This document shows, one piece after another, positions 28,330 through 37,695 of a DNA stretch of 64,000 nucleotides; position 1 is the first letter of the stretch; every line of letters starts with the position of its first letter. A program made the translations under genes and the position numbers. The stretch comes from a virus (Duplodnaviria > Caudoviricetes): IMG/VR virus record IMGVR_UViG_3300010429_001617, one strand, 5' to 3'. The notes beneath the pieces were generated by a model that saw only the letters and a list, made by a program, of their open reading frames with translations, made no database searches and was not told where the DNA came from.

Positions 28330-29115
28330 ATGATCGATAAGTTTATACAATTCAATGAGTCAAGGAGATCTAAAAAAAGAAGATTTCATGGAATAGAAAG
28401 AAATTATAATAGATATAATAGAAGTTTAGAGGAATCTTCACCAGAAAATGGCATGAAACTTGATGTTTCTCCACGATTTAAGGCTGTTGTAGAAAAGATG
28501 GTCGGAATTGGTGGCCTGATAGCTAAAAATCTTTTAGAAGAAATAAATAAAAAAGAAAGACTGTTTAAAATATCTTATATAGATATATCTAGAAATCTAG
28601 ATATGTTGACATATTTACCTTTATCTGAAAAAAACTCTGGAACCGATCCTTATAAAAATCCAAAAAGAATTGGTTCTAAAATATATAAGGTCATAAGAAT
28701 GCTTTTCGAAAATAGTGTCACAAAAGAAGAAATTCAAAAATTTGTATCTGTTTTTAAAAAGGTTTGTAGTTCCGATCCAGAACGACCTTCTCCAAAACCA
28801 AAAACTGAAGTTTCAGGTGTCAAAGAAGACAAAAAAACAAATAATGAGATAATATTCAAATTAATTGAAGACACTATAGAAAATAAAATTAAGTGGGAGA
28901 CAGTACAGAACACAGATAATCTAGAAAGTTATAGGACCATTGTTAATATAACAAATAATAAAAAATTAGAAATTGATGTGTTTATAATGAAAAAAAATAT
29001 TGATCTCAGTAGTTTATCTATATTTTATATAATTAATAAAAATAATAATTTTATAAAAAGTATAAAATTTTCTGAAATAAAAGAATTTGAAGATTTGATT
29101 GAATTAATTAGATAA
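28330..29115 (+). CDS. Protein with leader MIDKFIQFNE and an SPRF/SYID domain
   Basis: Paralogous to 29452-30105 and to the N-terminus of 35461-36738. Confidence 0.7.
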   Translation: MIDKFIQFNESRRSKKRRFHGIERNYNRYNRSLEESSPENGMKLDVSPRFKAVVEKMVGIGGLIAKNLLEEINKKERLFKISYIDISRNLDMLTYLPLSEKNSGTDPYKNPKRIGSKIYKVIRMLFENSVTKEEIQKFVSVFKKVCSSDPERPSPKPKTEVSGVKEDKKTNNEIIFKLIEDTIENKIKWETVQNTDNLESYRTIVNITNNKKLEIDVFIMKKNIDLSSLSIFYIINKNNNFIKSIKFSEIKEFEDLIELIR

Positions 29116-29152
29116 AATATTTTGATTAAAATTATTTAATATATAAATCTAT

Positions 29153-29470
29153 ATGGAAAAATTTAGCAATAAGTATATAGAGCAGTTTGATATTTTAAAA
29201 AAGGCTATCATAGGATTTGAGTTTGAATTTTATGCTGAAAGATCTTATTATAAATTATTGGAATTATTGAATCGTGAACTCGAACCAATTAATGTCTGGG
29301 GTCGTAGAAAATATCACTCTGATTTAGAACCGGATTCGAAAAATTTTAAAATTGAACCTGATTTATCTGGTGGCCCCAATATGATTGAATTGATCACAGG
29401 ACCAATGCCTTACCATAACGCCAAACTTATTCTTTTAAAAATTTTAAAGAAGTGTCCCCTAGATTTATAG
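29153..29470 (+). pseudogene. Truncated duplicate of the amidoligase 5' end
   Basis: About 99 aa closely matching the N-terminus of 32333; similarity stops at LILLKILK. Confidence 0.75.
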
Positions 29471-30105
29471 CAGCCGTTAGAAAAATGTCAGAAGTTGGTG
29501 GGTCTATCGTAAAGAAATTATTAGATGAAATAGAAAATAAAAATAATCTATACAACATATCTTATATTGATTTGTCTAGAAATCTTGATATGCTAACATA
29601 TTTGCCATTGTCGGAAAAAGATTCAAAAATAGATCCTTATAAAAATCAGAAAAGAATAGGTTCAAAAATATATAAGGTGATAAGAATGATATTTGGTAAT
29701 GAAGTGACAAAAAACGAAATACAAAAATTCGTATCTGTTTTTAAGAATGTTTGTAGTTGTGTGCCAACAACGCGACCAAAAACAAAAACCGAAAACCGAA
29801 AACAAACGGATAAAGAAATTGTTGACACTTTAATAAAAAATACCGTAGAAAATAAGATTTCGTGGAAAAATAATCAAAAAACTGAAAATTTAGAATCTTA
29901 TGTTGCTGTATATGAAATAACCGATAACAAAGAATTAGAATTCAATTTATATATATTCCCAAAAGAAGAACATATAAGTAACATGGCTATATCTTATAGG
30001 GTTAATACCACCAAAATCCTTAAAAGAGATTTTATCAAGAATATAAATTTTAGTGGCGCTGGATTATTAAGCGAGTTCAACGATCTGAAAGAATTAGTGA
30101 AATGA
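29452..30105 (+). CDS. 5'-truncated paralog of 28330
   Basis: SPRF...SYIDLSRNLDMLTYLPLSEK...KRIGSKIYKVIRM. Confidence 0.6.
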   Translation: MSPRFIAAVRKMSEVGGSIVKKLLDEIENKNNLYNISYIDLSRNLDMLTYLPLSEKDSKIDPYKNQKRIGSKIYKVIRMIFGNEVTKNEIQKFVSVFKNVCSCVPTTRPKTKTENRKQTDKEIVDTLIKNTVENKISWKNNQKTENLESYVAVYEITDNKELEFNLYIFPKEEHISNMAISYRVNTTKILKRDFIKNINFSGAGLLSEFNDLKELVK

Positions 30106-30113
30106 AAAATGAA

Positions 30114-30257
30114 TTATTTTTTCCAAACGAATTTTAAATTTCCGGAATCATAGATTCTATATATGCCGTTTTCTAACATTATTTCGTGTTCTGTTTTATT
30201 CGGATCCGATCCTTTTTTTACCAATCTGTCTTTTCTAAAATTAAATCTATTTTTTCG
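30114..30257 (-). pseudogene. C-terminal remnant of a KKYG-repeat phage endonuclease-like gene
   Basis: RKNRFNFRKDRLVKKGSDPNKTEHEIMLENGIYRIYDSGNLKFVWKK*; no start, in-frame stop just upstream. Confidence 0.65.
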
Positions 30258-30289
30258 TCGCCGCCCCTAAAAAATAAATCACAGAAACA

Positions 30290-30508
30290 ATGGAAAAAAC
30301 CTTTGAAAGATTTCTGAATATTTTTAAGGAAAAATCTTGTGACGACGATGATATCGCTGAAAAAATATATAAACACATTCAGGAAAATGATATTTTTGTG
30401 AATAAAGATATTCGTGGTTATCATTTTCATATTTTGTTAAATGAGACGGAAAATGATAGGGAAGATCCGTTTAATGAAGACTCAGCAAATTCTATTGAGA
30501 TTTCGTAG
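30290..30508 (+). CDS. Short, possibly fragmentary protein with a REDPFNEDS tag
   Basis: 72 aa ORF. Confidence 0.45.
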   Translation: MEKTFERFLNIFKEKSCDDDDIAEKIYKHIQENDIFVNKDIRGYHFHILLNETENDREDPFNEDSANSIEIS

Positions 30509-30546
30509 ACTCTCATTTTATTCAATTAAACTACAGGACCTCTATG

Positions 30547-30618
30547 TGCGACTGGATGGATTCGAACCACCGACGAATTGCATGTAACACAATCACTCTA
30601 CCCCTGAGCTACAATCGC
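30547..30618 (-). tRNA. tRNA-Val(TAC)
   Basis: GCGATTG TA GCTC AGGGGTA GAGT G ATTGT GTTACAT GCAAT TCGTC GGTGG TTCGAAT CCATC CAGTCGC A. Confidence 0.85.
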
Positions 30619-30629
30619 TTATATATGTG

Positions 30630-30700
30630 TGTTCCCGAATGGAATCGAACCATTGCCATTTGAATGTGACTCAAATATTCTCCCTTTAAACCACAGGAAC
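30630..30700 (-). tRNA. tRNA-Val(CAC)
   Basis: GTTCCTG TG GTTT AAAGGGA GAAT A TTTGA GTCACAT TCAAA TGGC AATGG TTCGATT CCATT CGGGAAC A. Confidence 0.75.
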
Positions 30701-30729
30701 AAAAAATGACAAAAAATGATTAAAAAGTA

Positions 30730-30739
30730 TTAATATATA
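30730..30739 (+). promoter_or_regulatory. Representative TTAATATATA box (candidate phage late promoter)
   Basis: Recurs shortly upstream of about 20 starts on both strands; see findings. Confidence 0.6.
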
Positions 30740-30759
30740 GAATAAAAATTATTTTTATT

Positions 30760-31134
30760 ATGAAAACATATTTAGAATTTTTAAATGAACAAGCCGCTCC
30801 AGCACCCGCTCCAGCACCCGCTCCAGCACCCGCTCCAGCACCCGCTCCAGCACCCGCTCCAGCACCCGCTCCAGCACCCGATCCAGCACCGCCCGCTCCA
30901 GCCACACAAATCCCAAAAAGAACAACTTCTTATGGTGGGAATTTAGCGAGAGCTAATGATGATAAGGTTCATGAAATAATATATAAATTAACACCTCAAA
31001 CAAAAACTGATCTTCAAAATGTTTATAAGAAAGTATTAGACGAAATCCATAAGACATTTAAAGATGATCCATCTATGACTACAAGAGATATTGCAACTGC
31101 TGTAGGAAGTATAATGTATAATCAGCAGGGATAA
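30760..31134 (+). CDS. Pro-Ala linker protein with leader MKTYLEFLNE; putative internal head protein
   Basis: Leader is close to the T4 internal-protein CTS MKTYQEFIAE; TTAATATATA at 30730-30739. Confidence 0.75.
   Translation: MKTYLEFLNEQAAPAPAPAPAPAPAPAPAPAPAPAPAPAPDPAPPAPATQIPKRTTSYGGNLARANDDKVHEIIYKLTPQTKTDLQNVYKKVLDEIHKTFKDDPSMTTRDIATAVGSIMYNQQG
30794..30889 (+). repeat. 12-nt tandem repeat ccgctccagcac x8 (last copy has one mismatch), encoding (PA)n
   Basis: Read directly from the sequence. Confidence 0.95.
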
Positions 31135-31136
31135 TT

Positions 31137-31472
31137 TTAATTCTTCAACCTATTGAATAATTCCATTTTTTTATCAGGGAATATTTTAATAAAAATTTCA
31201 CAAGGTGAAAATCTATTATCCCCTCTCAAATTATAATCCGACTTTCTTAAATTAGATAAGTCGGATTTTTCATTTATAATTTCGTCAGATGTTATTGTAC
31301 ATGGACAACATCTCAAATCCAATTTTATTACTCTTTTCGTATATCCAATAGATTTTAAATCTCTATAAATTTCCGAGTTTTCATTTAATGCGTTTCTTGT
31401 GACTTCGTTTGCGTAGTATCTCAACCATTGCAATTCTAGGTCAATAAATTTGTTCAATTCTTCTAATTTCAT
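31137..31472 (-). CDS. Hypothetical protein
   Basis: 111 aa ORF. Confidence 0.6.
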   Translation of the reverse strand: MKLEELNKFIDLELQWLRYYANEVTRNALNENSEIYRDLKSIGYTKRVIKLDLRCCPCTITSDEIINEKSDLSNLRKSDYNLRGDNRFSPCEIFIKIFPDKKMELFNRLKN

Positions 31473-31611
31473 TATTATTTTATTTCTGGATATTTTTTAA
31501 TCATATCATTATCTAGTATATAATCCTTTGAATCCCCCAACCATTTTCTTAATATATTCTCTATTATATTTATATCTAAATCTGGATCAAAACAAATAAT
31601 GGATTGATCTC

Positions 31612-31731
31612 GCAGACAAGGGCATTTTTGCCGCTAAACTTATATCAAGCAATGAAAAGATGTTTAAATATGATTTGATTTGGAAAAAAGGGGAAAGGAT
31701 AAGTGGTTTCTTGAATTCTAAAAGGCAACCA
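31612..31731 (+). pseudogene. Internal fragment of an N4/N6 DNA methyltransferase gene
   Basis: GIFAAKLISSNEKMFKYDLIWKKGERISGFLNSKRQP; no catalytic motifs present. Confidence 0.6.
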
Positions 31732-32239
31732 AATTTGTTTCCTTTATTTTATCTCTAATGAGATCTATCTTTAGGGGGGATGTGACACCATATTTTTTCA
31801 AATTTGTTTCCTTTATTTTATTTTTTATTTCATTATTTTGAGTGAAGTGTTTACACCCGTATTTCTTCATGGATGTTTCTTCAACAGATTTCTTGTATTC
31901 ATCGGTTTTTGTATAATGATCCACCCCGTATTTTTTTAGAGTTGTGTTTTTCACTTTATTGTTCGCACAAATAGAAGAACACGCATAAAAACCACCGTTT
32001 TTTATGTTCTTGTAATATTTCTGAAACATTAATTTTTTTTGTTTTCCACACACATCGCATTCAACATCAATGATGGTGTGTGAACCAGGATTAAGATCTA
32101 TGGTTTTTATTTCAACGAAATCATTTAAAAATATGGAATTATATCCCCTTAATTTTAAATATTCTATGTTTTTTTTTGTTACTTTTATTTTCATTTTGTC
32201 GTTTATTATCATAAAATGTTTTATTTTTTTGTTCCACAT
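31718..32239 (-). pseudogene. N-terminal part of a KKYG-repeat endonuclease-like gene, truncated
   Basis: CDVCGK...CSSIC zinc site, repeated KxTxLKKYGV; ends abruptly at ETNLVAF. Confidence 0.7.
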
Positions 32240-32332
32240 CTAAGTAATGGATCAATAGGTCTAATAGTATATATAAAAATTATCCATCATTATTTTTTTA
32301 TTTTCGTAAAAAAAGTTTAATATATAGACTTA

Positions 32333-33733
32333 ATGGAAAAATTTAGCAACAAATATATTGATCAATTTGACGTTCTAAAAAAAGCTGTTCTCGGGTTTGA
32401 ATTCGAGTTTTATACAGACAGATCTTATTATAAATTATTGGAGCTGTTGAACAGGGAATTGGACCCAATTAAAATTTGGGGGCGTAGAAAATATCACTCG
32501 GATTTGAAACCAGATGCCGAAAATTTTAAAATAGAACCAGACTTGAGTATGGGAAATCAGGGTGTTGAATTAATCACAGGACCAATGCCATATCATAACG
32601 CCAAACTGATATTGTTGAAGATATTAAAAATTTTACAAACTCACGCTAAAACAGACGAAAAATGTTCTCTCCATATAAATGTTTCTTTTGATAAAAAACA
32701 AACAGATAAAACAATAGACAAGTTAAATCGATTAAAAATTATTTTAGCTGTTGATGAAAATAATATTTACAAATACTTTCCAACAAGAAGAGATAATTTT
32801 TATGCCAAAACAGTAAAAAGGCTCGTCCCATTTAAAGGGTATGATTATACTAATGACGCCATAAATATACTTGTTCAAAATTTGCAGTTACCAGACACAA
32901 AATATTATGGTATAAATGTTAAGGAAATTGGTGATGGTAGATTGGAATTTAGATATATTGGTGACACTGATTATCAATTCAAAACCAAAGAAATTATCGA
33001 ATTAATGGACTATTTTATAATGTTGGCTTGGAACAGCATAAGTGAGGAATTGAATGATGATGAAATTGATTCCTTAAGAAAATATCTTGACGAAAACATA
33101 AATAACTTTAAGAACTTTAATAAATTTGAGAATTTTATTGCCGAATTTCCAACAATTCAATTAGAAATTGACAAAAACGATGAGTTTGTTGTTGTTAAGT
33201 CACATTACGGCCAAATATACCCGAAGATATATGATATGATTAAAAATATTGACAATTTAAATAATTGTATTATAAACTACGATACAAATACCAAAAAACT
33301 GGAATTGGTTGACGCTGATTTTAAAACCATTTTTGAATTAAAATACATGACTATTATAGATAGTTCACCAAACGGCGGAACATACTTAAATTGTAGATTT
33401 ATAGGGTGTGATATAAAAAATAGTCATTTATATAATTGTGAAATAATTGGAACAGAGGTATTTAATTGTAAGTGTGAGGATTGTAATATTGATCAAACCA
33501 GCGAACTGAAAAAGGTCTATTTCAACGGCGGAAATATGGATGGTGATTTTGTCTCGGGAGTATTCAGATCCGGAAAAATTGGCGAATTTGGCGAATTGAA
33601 AGATGGTGTCAAAATAATATCTGACACAGACAGCTATTTCAATACCAATTTAGAAGATGACAACAAAGAATCCAGCAAACCGAAAGAAACAATTAAGAAA
33701 TTAAACCCCTATACGAATACAGCTAAGTTTTAA
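32333..33733 (+). CDS. Putative amidoligase (COOH-NH2 ligase type) with a C-terminal repeat region
   Basis: GFEFEF, IEPDLS, GVELITGP, CSLHINVS, KYYGIN, RLEFR. Confidence 0.7.
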   Translation: MEKFSNKYIDQFDVLKKAVLGFEFEFYTDRSYYKLLELLNRELDPIKIWGRRKYHSDLKPDAENFKIEPDLSMGNQGVELITGPMPYHNAKLILLKILKILQTHAKTDEKCSLHINVSFDKKQTDKTIDKLNRLKIILAVDENNIYKYFPTRRDNFYAKTVKRLVPFKGYDYTNDAINILVQNLQLPDTKYYGINVKEIGDGRLEFRYIGDTDYQFKTKEIIELMDYFIMLAWNSISEELNDDEIDSLRKYLDENINNFKNFNKFENFIAEFPTIQLEIDKNDEFVVVKSHYGQIYPKIYDMIKNIDNLNNCIINYDTNTKKLELVDADFKTIFELKYMTIIDSSPNGGTYLNCRFIGCDIKNSHLYNCEIIGTEVFNCKCEDCNIDQTSELKKVYFNGGNMDGDFVSGVFRSGKIGEFGELKDGVKIISDTDSYFNTNLEDDNKESSKPKETIKKLNPYTNTAKF

Positions 33734-34191
33734 TCTAACATAAAAGATATTGTTTCGAGATCATTGGCTGTTTTGAAATCTGCCGGAACATCATTTAATT
33801 GAACTTTAACGAGATCTATGTTCGCTGTTTCATTCATTCGATCGTTAAAAATTTTTATTTGTTGTTCCCTTTTTTCCAAGTGATCTTTGTAATCTTCGTT
33901 TAATTTTTTCATTTCATTTTCGAACGTTATTCTATCTCTTATAACATATAAATCTTTGTCTATTAATGGTTTACCATTATCATCCTTATCACTGAACGTT
34001 TCGCAAATCTCTATTCTTTTGTTTTCATATTCAATAACTTCTGGGTCGACATTTTTTATAAAATCGACTTCTTCTAATTTTTTGTCAATAATTTTTTTGT
34101 TTTTAAAAACGGCGTAAGCAAACTCAACGCCCTCGTATTTAGATAATTCATCTAATTTTTTTCTTATTTCAACAAGTTGATATAATATCAT
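33730..34191 (-). CDS. Hypothetical protein
   Basis: 153 aa ORF. Confidence 0.6.
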   Translation of the reverse strand: MILYQLVEIRKKLDELSKYEGVEFAYAVFKNKKIIDKKLEEVDFIKNVDPEVIEYENKRIEICETFSDKDDNGKPLIDKDLYVIRDRITFENEMKKLNEDYKDHLEKREQQIKIFNDRMNETANIDLVKVQLNDVPADFKTANDLETISFMLD

Positions 34192-34247
34192 AATTTTTAA
34201 TATTTTTTTGAATATTATAGATGGTTAAAAATAAAAAGTTTATAGAA

Positions 34248-35348
34248 TTATTTCTTTAATTCTTCTAACGACAATTCGGGTATGAATTCCAATAAATCAT
34301 TTCTAGACAATTTTGTTATTTGTCTGTCGTGATATATGTCTAATATTAGTCCATCCCACAATATTTTTTCAAATGATATTTCTGCATTTTCAAGGTAATC
34401 TCCAATTACATCGAGCTCATATTCACATCTTTTTTGACACAAATTTATATCAACTATTTCATTGTTATAATATGATATATTTGATATGAAATTAAATTTA
34501 TTATCTTTAAAATAAGATATTTCGGCATCCGACATATTTACTTCATATGGATGTGTGTCTAAAACATCTTGTGGAAGAGTTGGAGCTTTATAATATGTAT
34601 CTGAGTATTCTACCTTTTTAGGATCTCTGACAGCTGGTAAAGACTGCCAATCTATTTTACAACAAGCGTCTGCGATCTTTGTTAAAAAATCAATATCTTG
34701 TTTTTCATTGACACTGTGTTGATCAAAATAACCAACAGATATATTTGTGCACTCTGATATGATGTCTCCAAACTCGGCTGAGTCACAGTACATACCAGTT
34801 GGATCTTTTTTATATGTGAATCCGTGTATCCCGAGTTCTTTTATTAAAGCGTCAGCAAAAACATCCGAGCAGCATCTTTGTTCCATTTGATGAGTAATAA
34901 CACAGTCATAGCCCTTTCTATCAAAAGCCACTACTTTTTTAATTTTATCATATCTATGTTCTTGTTTGTCTTGTATTTTTTTGGATAATTTGCTTGAACC
35001 AACACAGCCTTTTTCTTCTCCGACAGTAAAAAGATACGCCCCCGTGACACCTCTTTCTATCATTTCTAACATTATAACAACTCCAGCTTTATCATCGGCT
35101 CCCAATATTGTTTTTCCATCTGTTTTCACCATATTATCTTGTATGACGTGTGTGACTGCCACAGAATTGACCGGTCCAACTGTATCTAAATGCGCACAAA
35201 AAAGAGTATCGGACTCACCAATGTTGAAATATAAATTACCAAATTGATCTTTTAATAAATTTTCTGGTAATAATTCATAAACATTTTTTTCTGTTCCGAG
35301 AGGATATGTTACCTTTGTTAGTTCAATAAATTTTTCTTTTATGTTCAT
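34248..35348 (-). CDS. M20/M28 zinc peptidase
   Basis: AHLDTV, LGADDKAG, GEEKG, AFDR, NISVGYFDQHSVNE. Confidence 0.85.
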   Translation of the reverse strand: MNIKEKFIELTKVTYPLGTEKNVYELLPENLLKDQFGNLYFNIGESDTLFCAHLDTVGPVNSVAVTHVIQDNMVKTDGKTILGADDKAGVVIMLEMIERGVTGAYLFTVGEEKGCVGSSKLSKKIQDKQEHRYDKIKKVVAFDRKGYDCVITHQMEQRCCSDVFADALIKELGIHGFTYKKDPTGMYCDSAEFGDIISECTNISVGYFDQHSVNEKQDIDFLTKIADACCKIDWQSLPAVRDPKKVEYSDTYYKAPTLPQDVLDTHPYEVNMSDAEISYFKDNKFNFISNISYYNNEIVDINLCQKRCEYELDVIGDYLENAEISFEKILWDGLILDIYHDRQITKLSRNDLLEFIPELSLEELKK

Positions 35349-35460
35349 TTTTTATTTTTATTTTTTTGTTGAAAATATTTTTTAAATAAGAAATATTATC
35401 TAAATTTGCCAGTTGAATATTATATATTAAAATAAATTTTCACGAAAATAAAAAAAAACA

Positions 35461-36738
35461 ATGAAAATTGAAAATACTACGGTGTGTTATTCCCCCAGGT
35501 TTAGGGAAATTTTGATAAGTATAAATAGTGGAATATCAATGTTCCTTTTGAATGTGGAAAATAATTCTGATTATCTTTATCCATTCAGTTATATTGATCT
35601 AACAGATAATGGAGATATGCTTTCTTTTTTATCATCTGATAGAATGTATGACTATGAAGAACGTGAGCATTTTTGGTCATCTAAAAAAAGAAGTGTTGCT
35701 AGAGTCGGTAAATTGGTTGGCAGATTACTTCCAGTTTTATCTTCAAAAGATATTGAAGATTTTGTTAATGCCTATCGATCGGAGTTTAACACTAATAATG
35801 ACATATCGTTTGAAATAGTAAATGGTAATGATATTATAAAATATTACAATGGATCTACTTATGAACAAGGCAATGGCTCCTTGAATCGTTCGTGTATGCG
35901 GCACGATAAATGTTGTAAATATATGGACATATATCGTCAGAATTCAAATATTAATATGGTTATACTTTTGAATAAAAAGAAAAGGAGAATTCTTGGTAGA
36001 GCATTATTGTGGAAATTGACTGAGCCATCTGGCATCTATTTAATGGATAGAATATATACAGTCGATGATTCAATTGTTCATTTGTTCAAAAAAATAGCAA
36101 AGAAAAACGGATGGTTGTATAAAACTAAGCAAACTTTTGATTGTGTTGATGTAATAGATACTGATGAAAAAGAGAAATTTATCAAAATGAAAGTCCAACT
36201 TGAATGTGGCTCAGATTATTATCCATATTTGGACACTTTGTTGTATTTCAATAGAAAAAATCTATATTTAACAAATGATATTGAAGATTTTAAAACCAAT
36301 TCTGATATTATAAAGCTTCGAGATATAAATGGAGGAAATCAAGATAATGAAAATTTTGTTTATGATAGTATCAATGATGCGATGATTCATATAGATGATT
36401 CGATATATTGTTATTATGGCGACATTTACACACATAAAAATTTGGCTTTTTTCTCAGAGTCAGATAAAGAATATATATCTCCAAATAATTTGAGATATTC
36501 CAAGACAGAAGATAAATTTCTTCATAAACGTAATAGTGTTTTTTCTTATTTTTTAAATGATTTTATACATACAGATAATGCTGTGAGAGTTTATTTGAAC
36601 AAAGAGAAAGAATTTGATTTTATGCCAGTTTCTATGAAAGATAAAGAATTTATGAGAGATGAAATGAGTGGAGATTTTTATATCAGTGAATTATTGAGGA
36701 AAATAAAAAAAGGAAAATATGTTTTAAATGAAAGATAA
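35461..36738 (+). CDS. Conserved phage protein (SCM...GRALLW...MDRIY...YPYLDT) with an N-terminal SPRF/SYID domain
   Basis: Motifs as listed; TAAATTTG box at 35401-35408. Confidence 0.65.
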   Translation: MKIENTTVCYSPRFREILISINSGISMFLLNVENNSDYLYPFSYIDLTDNGDMLSFLSSDRMYDYEEREHFWSSKKRSVARVGKLVGRLLPVLSSKDIEDFVNAYRSEFNTNNDISFEIVNGNDIIKYYNGSTYEQGNGSLNRSCMRHDKCCKYMDIYRQNSNINMVILLNKKKRRILGRALLWKLTEPSGIYLMDRIYTVDDSIVHLFKKIAKKNGWLYKTKQTFDCVDVIDTDEKEKFIKMKVQLECGSDYYPYLDTLLYFNRKNLYLTNDIEDFKTNSDIIKLRDINGGNQDNENFVYDSINDAMIHIDDSIYCYYGDIYTHKNLAFFSESDKEYISPNNLRYSKTEDKFLHKRNSVFSYFLNDFIHTDNAVRVYLNKEKEFDFMPVSMKDKEFMRDEMSGDFYISELLRKIKKGKYVLNER

Positions 36739-37186
36739 AATTGTTATAAAAAATAAAAAAGCTTTTTTTAACTATGATATAGTAGAAAAAGAAGTGGCTG
36801 GAATAATTCTCCTTGGGCCAGAGGTCAAATCTGTTAGAAATTCTAATGTGAGTTTTAATGATTCATATTGCCTATTCATAAACAATGAGTTATGGATAAG
36901 AAATCTTCATATATCAGAATATGAAAATTCATCATCTACAGATAAATATGATCCAAAAAGAGATCGTAAACTCCTTATTACAAAAGAACAAATAAGAAAA
37001 TTTAAAAGAAAAATAGAAGAAAAAGGATTTACCATTATACCTCTAAACATATTGGTAAATGAGGAAGGGATCATAAAAATTGAAATCGCTCTGGCTAGAG
37101 GAAAGAAAGAATATGACAAGAGAAATGATATAGATGAAAGAGACAATAAGAAAAAATTAGATAGAATATTAAAAAATTATATATAA
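36728..37186 (+). CDS. smpB: SsrA-binding protein
   Basis: NKKAFFNY, AGIILLGPEVKSVR, RDRKLL, IALARGKKEYDKR. Confidence 0.95.
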   Translation: MKDKIVIKNKKAFFNYDIVEKEVAGIILLGPEVKSVRNSNVSFNDSYCLFINNELWIRNLHISEYENSSSTDKYDPKRDRKLLITKEQIRKFKRKIEEKGFTIIPLNILVNEEGIIKIEIALARGKKEYDKRNDIDERDNKKKLDRILKNYI

Positions 37187-37216
37187 TATTTTAATATATA
37201 TAAATAAAAAACTTAT

Positions 37217-37645
37217 TTGAAAAAATTTTTATTTATTTTATTTCTATTATTTTTTACTATTTCTTGTGAAAAGAGCGAATCAGATGATTATAGGGACACA
37301 TTTTGTTATAAATGGGTTGGAAAAGTTTATATAGATACTCCAACTTGGAGCACAGAGCGAGAAAATACGATTTTTATAGTCAATGCATACAATCAAGAAG
37401 ATTTGATGATATCGACTATGGGTGGTGTTGGACAAGCTTCTGTGACAAATCAGAACACTTATGATTATTATATTTTTGAAATAGGCTCACCTTCAAATAG
37501 TTGTGGTGTAACATCTAGTGTTGAATATAGAGGATCTGGCGTGGTGAAAGGTGACAGTTTATTTGAAAGCGGCACTGTAATAATTGGTCAAAATGGCGTT
37601 ATAACAAAAGGAAATTGGAAAAGTGCTTCAAAGAAAATATTATAA
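37217..37645 (+). CDS. Predicted lipoprotein
   Basis: TTG start; KKFLFILFLLFFTIS-C lipobox followed by EKSESDD. Confidence 0.65.
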   Translation: MKKFLFILFLLFFTISCEKSESDDYRDTFCYKWVGKVYIDTPTWSTERENTIFIVNAYNQEDLMISTMGGVGQASVTNQNTYDYYIFEIGSPSNSCGVTSSVEYRGSGVVKGDSLFESGTVIIGQNGVITKGNWKSASKKIL

Positions 37646-37695
37646 TTTTTTTATATAATAAATTATTATTAATTTTGTAAAAATAAAGAAAAATT

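Noticed and set aside
30720-30905. Gly-Ala repeat ORF on the minus strand
   Set aside because: It is the shadow of the Pro-Ala repeat gene, which has the leader and promoter box.
36728-37216. tmRNA gene next to smpB
   Set aside because: No ssrA-like ends found nearby. The tRNA-like RNA at 12571 lacks the G3-U70 Ala determinant. An ssrA gene may lie outside the window.
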